DNA of 64,000 nt from Balanoglossus misakiensis (taxonomy: Eukaryota > Animalia > Hemichordata). The position numbers were made by a program, and so were the translations under genes. Shown here piece by piece: positions 40,223-52,742 of the stretch; positions within the stretch are counted from its first letter, which is position 1, and every line of letters begins with the position of its first letter. The DNA is taken from contig CM082576.2 in the NCBI GenBank assembly GCA_040954595.2, forward strand, positions 14,325,129 to 14,389,128, given 5' to 3'. Under the pieces are notes generated by a model. The model saw nothing but the letters and a program-made list of their open reading frames with translations, did not search any database and had not been told where the DNA came from.

Positions 40223-43200
40223 TTGAATAATATTGTAACGGCTAGAAGTTTGAGCATAGTGGAGAATGATCGAGTCATTGTTAGAGTTTGTAATCTTTCT
40301 GCGGAACCCGTGAGGATATACCGCAATACAGCACTTGCCTATCTACACATCGATGCCAAAGTGAAGACTGTGTTGACTGACATGGTATGTACAGACATAG
40401 GGAGACCAAAAACACGAGTTCAATCCACTAGTGAAAGTAAACGCGCCAATGGAAACAAGTGTAGAAGACGGTATAGGTCACCAGCTCCACATCGTCCGGT
40501 CTCAGCTCAAGGAAGAGTGAAACCAGTATCTGAAGACATAGATTTCAGTAACTCTGCCTTTAAAACTCGGAAAGAATTAAAACAGTTACAAGACCTACTG
40601 GATCGGAACTCGGATGTCTTCTCTCAACATCCTCTCGACTACGGGTGTACATCAACAGTGGAACATGAGATACCCCTTATAGATGAAAAGCCATTCCGGG
40701 TGCCACATCGAAGGATACCGCCTGCCCAGTATCAGGATGTACTCAAGCATCTGAATGATATGGAGGACTCTGGTGTGATAAGGCCAAGTAAATCTCCTTA
40801 TGCATCCCTTATAGTGGTTGTAAAGAAAAAGGATGGTAGCCTTCGGATATGTATTGACTATCGACAGTTGAATCTACGATCAGTCCGGGATGCATATCCA
40901 TTACCAAGGATGGACGAGGCTCTTCATCGCTGGACCTTACTTCTGGATATTGGCAAGTGAAAGTGGCGGAGAAAGACCGACACAAGACAGCGTTTACTAC
41001 TCCCATGGGTCTCTATGAAACGAACCGGATGCCATTCGGCTTAATGAATGCGCCCGCAACCTTTTCTCGCTTGATGATGTGCTGTCTGGGGGATCAACAC
41101 TTTGCAACTGTTCTTATATACCTAGATGACATAATCGTGTTTTCACAAACCTTTGATGAACATCTTGGTAGACTGCAGATGGTGTTTGATAGACTAAGGC
41201 ACCATGGATTGAAGTTAAAACCCTCGAAATGCTCGTTCTTGCGTCAAGAGGTTAAATACCTGGGACATATCGTGACAACCAATGGTGTCCGTACAGACCC
41301 AGAGAAGATAGACAAAGTCAAGGCGTGGAAACGGCCCACAACTAGAAGGGAAGACCTGCAGTTTCTTGGTTTTGCGGGTTATTGTCGCCGGTTCGTGAAA
41401 GGTTTTTCAAGAATTGCTGCTCCATTGAATCGGTTAGTGTCTGGTGATGCAAGAAAGAAGAAAGGTAGAAATCAACAGGTGAAACTACCCCCTTTGAGTG
41501 GACGACTGACTGTGAATCTGCTTTTTCACTTTTAAAACAGAAGCTCACCACTGCACCGATCCTGGGATATCCTGACTTTACCCTCCCTTTTACACTACAG
41601 GTGGATGCCTCCATTAGTGGTCTTGGCGCAGTTTTGGTACAACGGCAAGATGGAACAGATAGAGTAATTGCTTATGCTAGCCCAGCCCACAAGTTAGAAT
41701 TTATCTCCTTAAAATGGGCGCTTACGGATAAGTTTAAAGATTATCTCTATGGAAATAAATTTACTGTGCTGACGGACAATAATCCTCTTGTTTACATGTA
41801 TATAACCACCACAGCCAAACTGGATGCTACCAGTCAGCGATGGATCTCCCAGCTGGCCGTGTTTGACTTTGACATTAAATACCGCCCAGGAAAAAGTAAT
41901 GCAAATGCCGATGGGTTGTCCAGGATGCCGAGAGAAGCCGTTGCATCTGCACTGAATGTGGTGAGCTCAGTCATCAGAAAGGAAGTCAAAGATTCCAGAG
42001 GTGAGCGCCAATCTGTCCCCTGTAACCCTGTAGGTGATGGAAAGGAACCAACATTGGGAATCAACTACCTTAGTGGCACACCAGCCCTGCCAAACAAGTT
42101 GTCTGGGGAAATAGTCCAGCTCCAGCGAAGTGATCCTGCCATTGGGAAAGTACTTAAATTCAAGGAACGACAAACTATACCCACTAGACGCCAACGATCC
42201 CATGAGTCCAAGGAGACTAATTTGCTTCTGAAACAGTGGGAGAGGTTGGATGTTAGAAGTCATGTATTGTATAGATCCACCCGTGACCGAGAAGGAAATG
42301 TCTACTGGCAGCTGGTCTTACCTGAAACCTTGAGAGAACAGGCACTGATGGGACTCCATGACAATCAAGGACACTTGGGGTTTGATAGAACCATGGACTT
42401 GGTGAGACGGAGGTATTATTGGCCAAATATGCAGTCATTTGTGAAAGAGTGGTGTAACAGTTGCAAGCGTTGTGCCTTGAGGAAACTACCTCCCATGTCG
42501 ACCAGGGTACCACTAGTTAACATTCGAACAACCGAACCGTTGGAGCTGGTGTGTATTGACTTCTTGTCACTTGAGAAGTCCAAGGGAGGAGAAGAAAATG
42601 TGCTAGTGGTGACTGACCATTTCACAAAGTATGCTCAGGCCTATGCAACGAAGGACCAGAAAGCAAAGACAGTGGCGAAGGTGCTATGGAAACAGTTCTT
42701 CTGCCATTACGGTTTTCCCAAGAGAATTCATTCTGACCAAGGGAGGAACTTTGAAAGTGCTTTGGTTCGAGAACTGTGTACGATTACTGGCATCCAGAAA
42801 AGTCGGACCTCTCCTTATCACCCACAAGGAAATGGTATGAATGAACGCTTCAATCATACTTTGCTGAACATGTTAGGCACATTGGATCCATCTCAGAAGC
42901 AGGATTGGAAGGAATATTTGGAATGTCTTACCCATGCTTATAACTGCACCCGTCACGATTCATCGGGACACTCACCTTTCTTTCTGATGTTTATGAGACA
43001 CCCACGTCTACCAGTTGATTTGGCTTTTGATGTGTCGGAGGAGGTCACTACAGAACCTAATTACTCGGAGTATGTGGAAAACCTACGCTCTACATTAAGA
43101 TGGGCATACCATGAAACCGTTCTCCGGACAGACGTTGCTAGGAAAAGACAAAAGAGGAATTATGACAAAAAGGCAACGGATGATCTCATACTCCAACCGG

Positions 43201-43988
43201 GTGATAGAGTGCTTGTGGTGGACAAAACCTCAGTTATAGGAAAACACAAATTACGTGACAAATGGGAACCCACTCCATATGTGATCATCTCAAAGAAGCC
43301 TGAAGTTCCAGTGTACATGTACGTCATCCAGTCTGAAGAAGGGTCAGCACAGCGTACCCTTCACAGAAATATGCTTAAACCCTGTACATTTTTGACCCCC
43401 ACAGATTCACCAACTAAAATACAATGTGATGATAAAGACTGTGATGTTGATGTGGACAGCGATACCAACAGTGTCAGTAGCAGTGAAGATTGGATTGACA
43501 TCCCAGTGGTTGGACGGGAAACCAGAACTATTAACTATGAAGCAGATGAACCTGATGTGTCCGCCGATGTGTCCATGGGTAGCGAACGAAGAACAGGCCC
43601 TGAGATATTAGAACCAACAATTGCTGAACAAACGGAAGAATTCACTGCAGCAACCCTTCCTGAATATATCATTGACGAAACCCATCAAGAACAAGACATA
43701 CTTGATCTTACAGCAGTTTCAAATGTGGAAGACGCTCTAACTACAATACCAGAACAGGAGGAGATGTCTGCTAACCAGGGAAGGACAGAAGAGGGGGCCA
43801 GCGAACCGGAAGCCGCTGGATCTGACTCTGTTGATATCGATGAACACCAAGAGAGCCCTGAAAAAATTGCCAGCGAGGCTCCAGAATCTACGGAAACTAC
43901 TAGGAATGATGACCAGTCCAGATATCCAAGGAGAATGAGAAAGCCGTCTGATAGATTTGTTTGCATGCATGGTTCACAAATAAATTGA
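40223..43988 (+). pseudogene. pol: Gypsy pol pseudogene
   Basis: Split over three ORFs (40223-40960, 40957-41535, 41601-43988): frameshifting deletion after DEAL (~40925), a second frameshift near 41490, and an in-frame deletion in RNase H (AYAS joined directly to PAHKLEF). Confidence 0.9.
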
Positions 43989-44016
43989 TAACGACAAGGG
44001 TGTCGTTTACTTTATT

Positions 44017-44027
44017 AGGGGGGAGTA
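44017..44027 (+). other. Polypurine tract
   Basis: AGGGGGGAGTA immediately before the LTR's TG. Confidence 0.85.
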
Positions 44028-44617
44028 TGTGACCGGGGGTTGATTTACCTACTTACCTACATACGTTGAGGGCGTTATACACCTGGGTCAGGGGGTTGAC
44101 TTACATACTTACCTGCATACGTTGAGGGCGTTATACACATATATATAGGCACGCACTTCCATACTAGGTCATTCATTATCTGAGCCGTGCTCGTTTCATT
44201 TTGTTACCTGTATGTGTAGGTGAGTATACCTTTTACAATCCACTTTAGATAGTGCTAAATATGAGCCATCCAAATATTTGAATACCTGGTGTTGCTTTAG
44301 TTGATATTTATAGTTGTAGTGGGGGAATTTAGTTTATTCTTCTTTAGTTATTTATACTTGTTTTTGGCATTTAAAGAATGTGGTGATGTGTGCTTCATGA
44401 CCGATTCAACTTAACTCATGTAACAGATTCATTATCTGACCCGTGCTCGTTTCATTTTGTTACCTGTATGTGTAGGCCTACCTGTGCTCTGTACTATAGT
44501 GTATGTAATGTATGACTTATACGGCCGAAATAAAAGATGAACCACCAGAATTGACAACCAAAATTTTTCCGAGCATGGTGTATTTCTTTGGCTGACCCTA
44601 TATTGGCAAGCTTCACA
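44028..44617 (+). repeat. 3' LTR of the Gypsy element (590 bp)
   Basis: Begins TGTGA after the PPT and ends TCACA; duplicated ~47-mer in U3 (44035, 44091); TATA-like ATATATATAGG ~44140; AATAAA 44529-44534. Confidence 0.8.
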
Positions 44618-44626
44618 TATGTATGT

Positions 44627-45190
44627 GATAACGCGTCGTATTCGAGTGATCTGTCCGAATTCTGGCGAGTTGCGGAGCCGACTAAATCATAAATTCCATA
44701 AGTGAAGAAGTCATTGAAACATTCTAAAATGCTAAAATTGGGATGTTTCATGAAGGATCTACCCTATTTGTGGTAGAGATTGTCTACATTGCCACAATGT
44801 AATTTTACGTGCAATGTTACACGTCGGGCAGCAATTCCTCGTTTCGTACTTAGGCCTAAGGGTTATTATTTAACGAAGGTTGGTCGATAACGCGTCGTAT
44901 TCGAGTGATCTGTCCGAATTCTGGCGAGTTACTGAGCCGACTAAATCATAAATTCCATAAGTGAAGAAGTCATTGAAACATCCTAAAATGCTAAAATTTG
45001 GATGTTTCATGAAGGATCTACCCTATTTGTGGTAGAGATTGTCTACATTGCCACAATGTAATTTTACGTGCAATGTTACACGTCGGGCAGCAATTCCTCG
45101 TATCTTGTTGATCTTTATTTTCGTACTTAGGCCTAAGGGTTATTATTTAACGAAGATTGGTCGATAACGCGTCGTATTCTGGCGAGTTGC
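44627..45190. repeat. Tandem duplication, ~260-277-bp unit, ~2.1 copies
   Basis: Units start GATAACGCGTCGTATTC at 44627, 44886 and 45163; near-identical. Confidence 0.9.
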
Positions 45191-45204
45191 GCGGATTTCT
45201 GGCG

Positions 45205-45314
45205 ATTTGGGTACAATTCGCTCCATATAGCACTCGCCTGACGGCTCGTGCTATATGTCTCGAATTGTACCAAAATCTCGTGTATACCCGCCTGCGGCAG
45301 GGGTTATAGCTTAA
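45205..45314. mobile_element. Partial hairpin repeat (family of 48075-48190)
   Basis: GTACAATTCG..CATATAGCAC-loop-GTGCTATATG..CGAATTGTAC then CGTGTATACCCGCCTGCGGC.GGGGTTAT.GCTTAA. Confidence 0.7.
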
Positions 45315-46430
45315 GTAGACTTGCATTGATATATATTCAATATTTATGGAGAAAAAGTCAATATTTCAGAGGCACTACGTTTTGTTGACATGATATAGGC
45401 ATAGGCCTATATGTCAGCGTGACAACTTTTGGTCATACACATTTATGCTTATGTAAATGATTGATAATCTGTGTACAGTGGATGTTCATAGTGTAGGATT
45501 TGTCAAAATAAAGCATAGTGGTCAATGACTGATCGTCAGCGTGGCTCTTCCAAGTGATGAGATCATATATGTGAATATAACTTTGAACTTTTATGGGGTC
45601 CCAAAGCACGCCCTTTATAGGAGTGATTCAGACAAACCTTAAAATTCAGGGAATACTCGGATTTGTCCTGAAAGTTGGTTTTCGCTTAGTCGACGTAGTG
45701 TTTATCCCGTTTTTGGTCAAAAAAAGAATTTCTCTCTGAAACTGCTTGTCAGGTTGCTCTGAAATTTATCATGCAGGCACTATAGGGATGATGTACATGT
45801 AAGTCACTTATAGTCAAATCGTGCTGATATATGCAGGATTTCATTTTGGGGGCAAATTTTGATTAGACCTTGAAAATTGATGCACCGTTTAATTCTGAAA
45901 CAGTTATCTTGTTTATAATGCAAAGTATAACAGCTGCACTATATCGGAAAATCTACATAGTTTGCACTTTAAAAGCTCATTGCCTTACAGATTATTTTAA
46001 AGGGTATATTCACGGAGTTGTATGTGAGGTCACTCATACACACCTGTCAAAAACAACATGAAATACATGTTATACAATGACAATGCAGAATGCAGATAGA
46101 GTCTTCGATCAAGTACATATACTTGCCATAACCTCCTCATACGCCTGTGTGTTTATTTGTTACCATTGATCTGAAGAGTGTCGTCCCAGAATCCCACTGA
46201 GTTCAATGTTGTTTCTCAATGTTTATACACATCACCATTGGCATGATTTCTGTGAGTACTCGGCTTTACGCCCGAGTTTACATTTCTGAAAGGAAAAGTG
46301 GTCAATGGGCAAACATGCTCATTTTCTATTGCTGGATGTGATCTTTCGTTTGAATGTAGCGATAGACAAATTGACATACTATGGCGCGCCAAGTGTTTCA
46401 AAATTATTTATCATTATTTTATAGAAAATT

Positions 46431-46711
46431 TATGAAAGCCCGGTAGGGACATTTCGTAAAGCAAAAACTTTTTTTTTATCTCGTGAGCACGAGATACTAA
46501 AACGTGAGCTTTCATACCTTAGGTTCATTGCAATAACATGCGAAATTATTTCGTGAGCACGAGATAATTATCTCGTGCGCACGACTTAGTATCTCGTGCT
46601 CACGACTTAGTGTCTCGTGCGCACGACTTAGTATCTCGTGCTCACGAGATAAAAAAAAAAAATGCTTTACGAAATGTCCCTAACGGGCTTTCATACTAAC
46701 GGGCTTTCATA
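46431..46711. mobile_element. TA-ended foldback MITE with internal 21-bp tandem repeats
   Basis: TIR TATGAAAGCCCG.TAGGGACATTTCGTAAAGCA ... TGCTTTACGAAATGTCCCTAACGGGCTTTCATA; internal TCTCGTGC[GT]CACGACTTAGT[AG] units; last 16 nt duplicated. Confidence 0.85.
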
Positions 46712-47321
46712 CATTTGAAAGAAAACGGTAAAAATTAATTATTTACCTCTCCGGATGTGTTTATGAATGCAGCCTAAGCTTCCTTTCGCATCATAATTAT
46801 GAGTACATGTACTTACGCGATTTTCTGGCCTTGCGTTACCCCACAATCACATCACGAACTCGCAATCGACGAAAATCAGAAGTGCGTCGTCAAAACACGC
46901 GAAACCTGCAGATCGTCTGAGCTATAATGATTAAATGTTTTAGCCACTTTACAATAAAATAAGTCTAACCAGGGTATGTTACCTGTGGTTTCAGCGATCG
47001 TAGTGCTCAGCTCAAACGTTCTTGGTATTATCGTCTTATGTGCATGTGCGTAATTTTGTGTGTACAAACATTACGTCAAATTCAAATTTTGCGTTCGGCG
47101 CATTTAAATAGTGGACTACCTCCCCTTCCTACCATTTTGCAAGCGCACCTTACAAGAAGGCTTTCACCCAATATGCTGTCTCTTCCCGATCTCCGACATA
47201 GACTATGGTCGTCGCCATCTTGTATACTAGTATGTTGTTAGGACAGCACACTGCCTTATGGCATTGACTGTATACAATTTTTGTTACAGAGTTGACAAAA
47301 GATTGAAGATCAGGAGGTATC

Positions 47322-50300
47322 ATGGCAGAGGCTCCAGATCCTGCAGTTCTTCGCCCACTGAACACATTGTTCCAACAACTGGAAAACGAGCTTTGTTCTG
47401 ACGAAGTTAAAAACATTAAACATTTACTAAAGGGAAAGCAACTTACAAAAAAAGATGTAGAAGAGCTCAAAACTGCGACAGATGTATTTTATCTCCTGTT
47501 AGAGAAGAAGCATATTACTGAAGATAATTTGTCGTTGCTACTGCGGCTGTTCGAAAGCATTAATAGAGCTGATCTCAAAGATGTTGTCACCAAGTTTCTG
47601 GAAAATAATGGTAAGGGAAAAAACGCAAAGCTCGTAAGTCATTACTGTTGACCTGCTTTCTATCAAACTCTGTTTTTTTCAATTCACATAACTTAATATA
47701 TCGTACTTGTAAATTTTATGGTTTGTCGTTTATTGATTTTCGGTAGTGACGAAATAGTAAATTTTATTCTGCATATCAAGGCGTTAAATAATCTTCTCCA
47801 CAATAAATTAACGCCATTAACATGTAAATGTACGGTTGAGCCACAGTCGCGTGAGGTCATACCAAATAAATAACATAAAAATGTTGAATTTACGGACATT
47901 TTATTTTGGAACTGGTCTGTGGTAATATTTGGCACTTTGCCGCGCGCGATGCCAGTCTGCTTCATGTTTACTGCTTGATCCCGAGAGCTCGTGTTTACAT
48001 TGATCGTCGCCATGTTGGTTCACGATCGTAACTTCTTTTTCTGATACTGTCAATTGTTCATATAATATGGTAATAGCAATAACCCCCGCCTCAGTCGGGT
48101 ATACACGAGATTTTCGTACAATTCGCTCCATATGTATCTCGAATTGTACCCAAATCTCGTGTATACCCGCCTGCGGCGGGGGTTATTGCTTAAATATCAA
48201 GCAGTAAACATGAATATTGTATATTTACGACAATAAAGTCTTTCAAAGTCCTCTTCAAAAATGCATGTGTTCAATTGTTTTGAACCTTGGTGGGAAAGTC
48301 CATCTGAGTCACTGAACTCATCAAAATTATAATGAGTTTTAGCAGGCAAATAACAATTAAGGTAGATAACTACCCAAAAGTTAGAATATTGTCATTTTCC
48401 TGGTTTTATAGATTTTTTATCACATTAATAATTGTAAAAAACAAATATATAGAAAAGGGTGTTCCCATGCTACTTTTTTAGTTAAGGGGTCTTAATTTTT
48501 TTTTGGGGGGGGGGGAAGGGGGGGGGAATGCTGAGTCAGTACTTTGCTCGCACTCACAATGCTATAGTATTTTCTTTATATCATTTAATAATACTCCACT
48601 TTTGGCACCTTTTGTGAAAATTTCAAGAAAATGGCAATATTGTAACACTGTTTTCTCAACATTCTACATGCATGGAAGGCTATGAAATGTGAAAACCACG
48701 CACTGCACATGGGTAGTCTTTAATAATGGCAATTTTGTTAATACCAATTTCTGACAAAATACACGGCAAACGACTATCGTTAAACTCAACAAGTCTGGCA
48801 GGATTCCCAAAAGAGACGAGATAATAACATGTCTAGATTACCAAATAGTGACAGTAATTAGAAGTGTCTTTGAATAATTTACTATGAAATTTAATAATTC
48901 GTTTTCCTCTCACAGATGAAGACAACGGAGCGATCCGTGATGACAGAAGGCATGACGAAAGCAATGCAGGTAATGTTTGATAAGATATCCTAGTGAGTAA
49001 AACGAAACTGACACGCTAGAATCTATTCCTGAGAGTTAAACATAACAAATAAAACTTGAATGGTGCCAGCATTCGTAGAAAATGGGGAATTAGTGTCGCG
49101 CAAGCCCTTTTGTTAATGAGCATTTACAACCACCTCAGTTTACCACGTTATCTTTTAATTTTGATTTTCAGGACACGTTGAAGCCGCAAATAAGTGCAAA
49201 GAATACTTGAGAGCCCACTATAATGACAGAATGAGTCACATTGACGTACTCCCGTGGTGTGAAGGTATCAACACTCAAGTCGACTTGGTTGACGTGTATT
49301 CTCAGTTGGAACTGGTTCAAAAAGGTCTAATGGGAAGAGAAACTAATGTGACTGATTTTCGTCAGGTGTTTGAGACAGGTAAAATTAAGGAAAGAATTTT
49401 AGTTGAAGGAGAACCAGGAATAGGTAAGAGTACATTGTGCAGAAAGATGGCACTAGACTGGGCCAGTCAGTCAGAACCTATGCTGAATAGATTTGAATTA
49501 TTGATTTTGTTAGAACTCAGACAAATGGTTGATAGTGCAGATATTATCGATGCTATATTCGATCAGTTGCTTCCGGACGTTTCCGGAGTTGACAAGGGTG
49601 ATCTTGAGAATTATATCCTGCAAAACCAAGAGAAATGTTTATTTGTTCTTGATGGGGCTGATGAAATAAAACCATCCCTAAAATCTGACATACTGAAGGT
49701 TGTGTCCGACAAAATAGTTCCCAAGTCAACTGTAGTAATATCTTCCAGAAGCACTGAACGAGGCCCACTATTGAGATTGGTTCAACATCATTTTATCATT
49801 AAGGGATTTTCCACTGAGAATGCTAAGGTATGTGTCGAAAGATATTTTAACAATTTGCAGATTGACGGTGATCCTGTGGGACTTATTGAAGCCATCGATA
49901 ATGATGAAAACATTGAACCTCTCATTGGAAATCCATTGAACATCGTCCTGCTGTGTGTTTTATGGGAAGACACAAGAGGGCGCCTTCCCGATAACTTATT
50001 TGAGTTGTATGAAAGTATCGTTATAAGTCTTCTTAACAGGTATCGAATGAAAAAGAATTTACCACCTTCAGATGATATTCCATGTGAGTATAAAGGAAAG
50101 TTACAGCAGCTTGGAAAGATGGCTTACAGCGCGTTGTTAGAAAATCGCGTAAGATTTACTGAACGTGATCTCTCAGACGTTAAAATGTTTGGGGAGAACG
50201 ATGAGTTTTCCTTCGGTCTACTAAATAAGGAATACACTAGTGCTAGGCTTCGCCAGAACCAGTTTTGGGTATTCATACATAAAACCTTTCAAGAGTTTTT

Positions 50301-51864
50301 TGCCGCCTATTACTTAATACAAAGCGGCGAGGCTGACAAGAAAGCTGTACTGCGTCGGATTGTTGGTTCTTCGGAACTTCACAACATGTGTTTATTCATC
50401 GCGAGTAAGCTTGGTAAAGACGCAGGCCATCTATTTGATGCATTGAGACACACATTAGATTCGACAACGGGCCGCGAATTTGTCGATTGTACGATATTGG
50501 CTCTCACTTGTCTTGGGGAGTCAGGCCACCCAGATAAATTTGTGGGAATTATTGCTGATAAAATTATTCGTAAACATAAAATTTGTCTCCCTGATATGAG
50601 CCTTAGTTCTGCTTGTCATAATGGATTGCTTGTTTTAATTGAACATTGCAATGCACATGGAAAGAGGAACCGTGCTTTGAGACTGATTAATTTAGACATG
50701 GCTGGCACTTATGCAAACGACAGCCTGTTAGATTCCTTAAGTCGGTCTCAATACCTCGAAAATCTAGCGTGTGTACTTCTGTACAATCCAGAATGCCGTC
50801 TCGACGCCCAGTTGGCGACATTTCCATTGACTACTCTAAATATCATTGTTGGTTGTGATCAAACAAATTTTACACTTGATTTGTCTACGTCATCGCGACT
50901 CCAAAACCTCTGGGTCGCTATTGATGACATGAATAATCCCGCTAATTACGATGATTATCGGAAGAACATCAACCGTATGAAGTCTTATCTTCGTTTCAAC
51001 GACTCACTGAGATTCCTGTTTTTGTTTGGCGATCATGCGGCAGAGGAAGTGTTCGTGGGAATGGAGGAACAGATTGCGCACCTTAGATGCCTGAAGTGTC
51101 TTTCGTGCTATTTCTGTTCGAATGGTCTACTTGCAGATCGAAGGAGAATTATGGCCAGAATAATTAAAGAAAGTACGACCATAACATCGCTGGACATCAA
51201 TACTCAAGTAATTGAAGACACAACAACAAACGAAAGTAAAATGACCTATCATGCTGGATATATTTACGAAAAAAAGTGTTCAGTGGGTGAAATACAAGAT
51301 AGGCAGCAAGCGAGTCGCGAATTTTATCAAGCAATCAGACAAAATAGCAGTTTAAGGGTCGTGATAGTTCATCATACGGGGGAAGATAACGATCTCAAAT
51401 CAATCTGCGATAGCATCAAATATAATAAGAACAAGTGCTTACGACATGTTCTTGTGTTTTTATATGAGCATCAGAATGGAATACCCAATGCTCTACTTGG
51501 AATGCTTGAACAAGGCAGTGAAATCGACCTCTTCGGAATTGTTAGTCGATCACCACAAAGCACACTTGACCAACATACAGTTCCAGCAGAGTTTAAAAGG
51601 GTAGAGTTAAAGAAATGCAGTCGCGACAATAAACGTCTTGTTGATGCTTATGGTGCTTTGGGCTTTACCCTGCTGATAAACAACAGAGAGCAACAGTATA
51701 TTTCTACTTTATACGATGGAGATAACAGTTCTGGGGATTTTGATAGGTGTGTTAGGAAACATATTCTGACAGAATATTTGCCAGCTGCAAAGGAGTGGGA
51801 CAAACATGTCTATGTATGGGTTAGAAGGGAACTCGTTGAGTCATATAGGTGTGCAATAGTGTAG
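47322..51864 (+). CDS. NLR-family protein: N-terminal death-effector domain (DED), NACHT NTPase, degenerate LRR-like C-terminus (3 exons, ~1011 aa)
   Basis: Exons 47322-47610 (DED: ...HITEDNLSLLLRLFESINRADL, RxDL motif; donor GTAAGG), 48916-48969 (54 nt) and 49172-51864; phases 1/1, total 3036 nt. Walker A GEPGIGKST, Walker B LFVLDGADE, sensor VISSR, NPL motif, FIHKTFQEFFAAYYL. Confidence 0.9.
47815..48193. mobile_element. Interspersed repeat ending in a ~115-bp palindrome (NLR intron 1)
   Basis: Homologous to 34735-34983; 48075-48190 AGCAATAACCCCCGCC...GGCGGGGGTTATTGCT folds back on itself. Confidence 0.75.
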
Positions 51865-52368
51865 CTCGTATTTGTACTTGTACAACCGAGGTATATTACT
51901 CCTCAGCCGATGTATAGTAAGTGGGAAAAAAAGGTTCTTCAGTGGGCCATTGATCATACCAACAAAAGCTGACTTACGCGACATTTTTGTTTTCTGCACA
52001 AGACAAAAAAGATGACGTTTGGCATGACATCCTGATTGCAATTTGATTTTCATTTCCCTCTACGTAAAAACGCACATTACGGTTATTAGTACGTAACACA
52101 GGCATAGAAAACTTATATGGTCAATTTGCTCATTATTTAATCATACGGATTATAAGCCCTTAATACATATAACATAGGCTTGGGATAAGTATTGATAGGC
52201 GCGCCTATACCCATATGAATAATGCCAATATGTAAGCTATCTTTTCAATATTTAAATGGAGAAACACCATAAATTAATAGGTCGGTGCATATACACTGGC
52301 TCAGTGACTTTGGTCGTTTGCGTGACATAGTCAATGCTAACCTACACATATCAGAATTAATTTGACAG

Positions 52369-52742
52369 TTTCAATTCCTGGTTCTCGTATAATTAGTTGA
52401 GGTGTGAATTTTTCGCCAAGAGTATTTGTCATTCTTTTTGTTTCTAGTGAATTGATTTCCTGTTAGATAATCTAATAATTCATTTGTAGCGGTATCTTTT
52501 TCAAGATTTCAGGAACTTGAAAAAACAATGTAATAGGTAGGACAGTTTTATATGTTATCATGTAAGCCACTCTTTTCAATTCCTGGTTCTCGTATTAGTA
52601 GTGGTGTCATTTTTTCGCCAAGAGTATTTGTCATTCTTTTTGTTTCTAGTGAATTGATTTTCTGTTAGATAATCTAATAATTCATTTGTAGCGGTATCTT
52701 AAATTTTTCTCAGGAACTTGAAAGAACAATGTAATAGGTAGG
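52369..52742. repeat. Tandem duplication (~205-bp period)
   Basis: TTTCAATTCCTGGTTCTCGTA...GAACTTGAAA.AACAATGTAATAGGTAGG occurs twice, 3' of the NLR gene. Confidence 0.9.

Larger units (their letters stand above)
40185..44617 (+). mobile_element. Ty3/Gypsy LTR retrotransposon, 5'-truncated and disrupted
   Basis: RT (KKDGSLRICIDYRQLN, MPFGLMNAPATF, YLDD), RNase H (DASISGLGAVL, TDNNPL), integrase (HDNQGH...CNSCKRC; IDF, SDQGRNFES, NERFN) in RT-RH-IN order; PPT and 3' LTR present; no gag or 5' LTR. Confidence 0.95.

Noticed and set aside
46540-46650. 21-bp repeat array as a CRISPR
   Set aside because: No unique spacers, no cas genes, eukaryotic context; it lies inside a TIR-bounded MITE.
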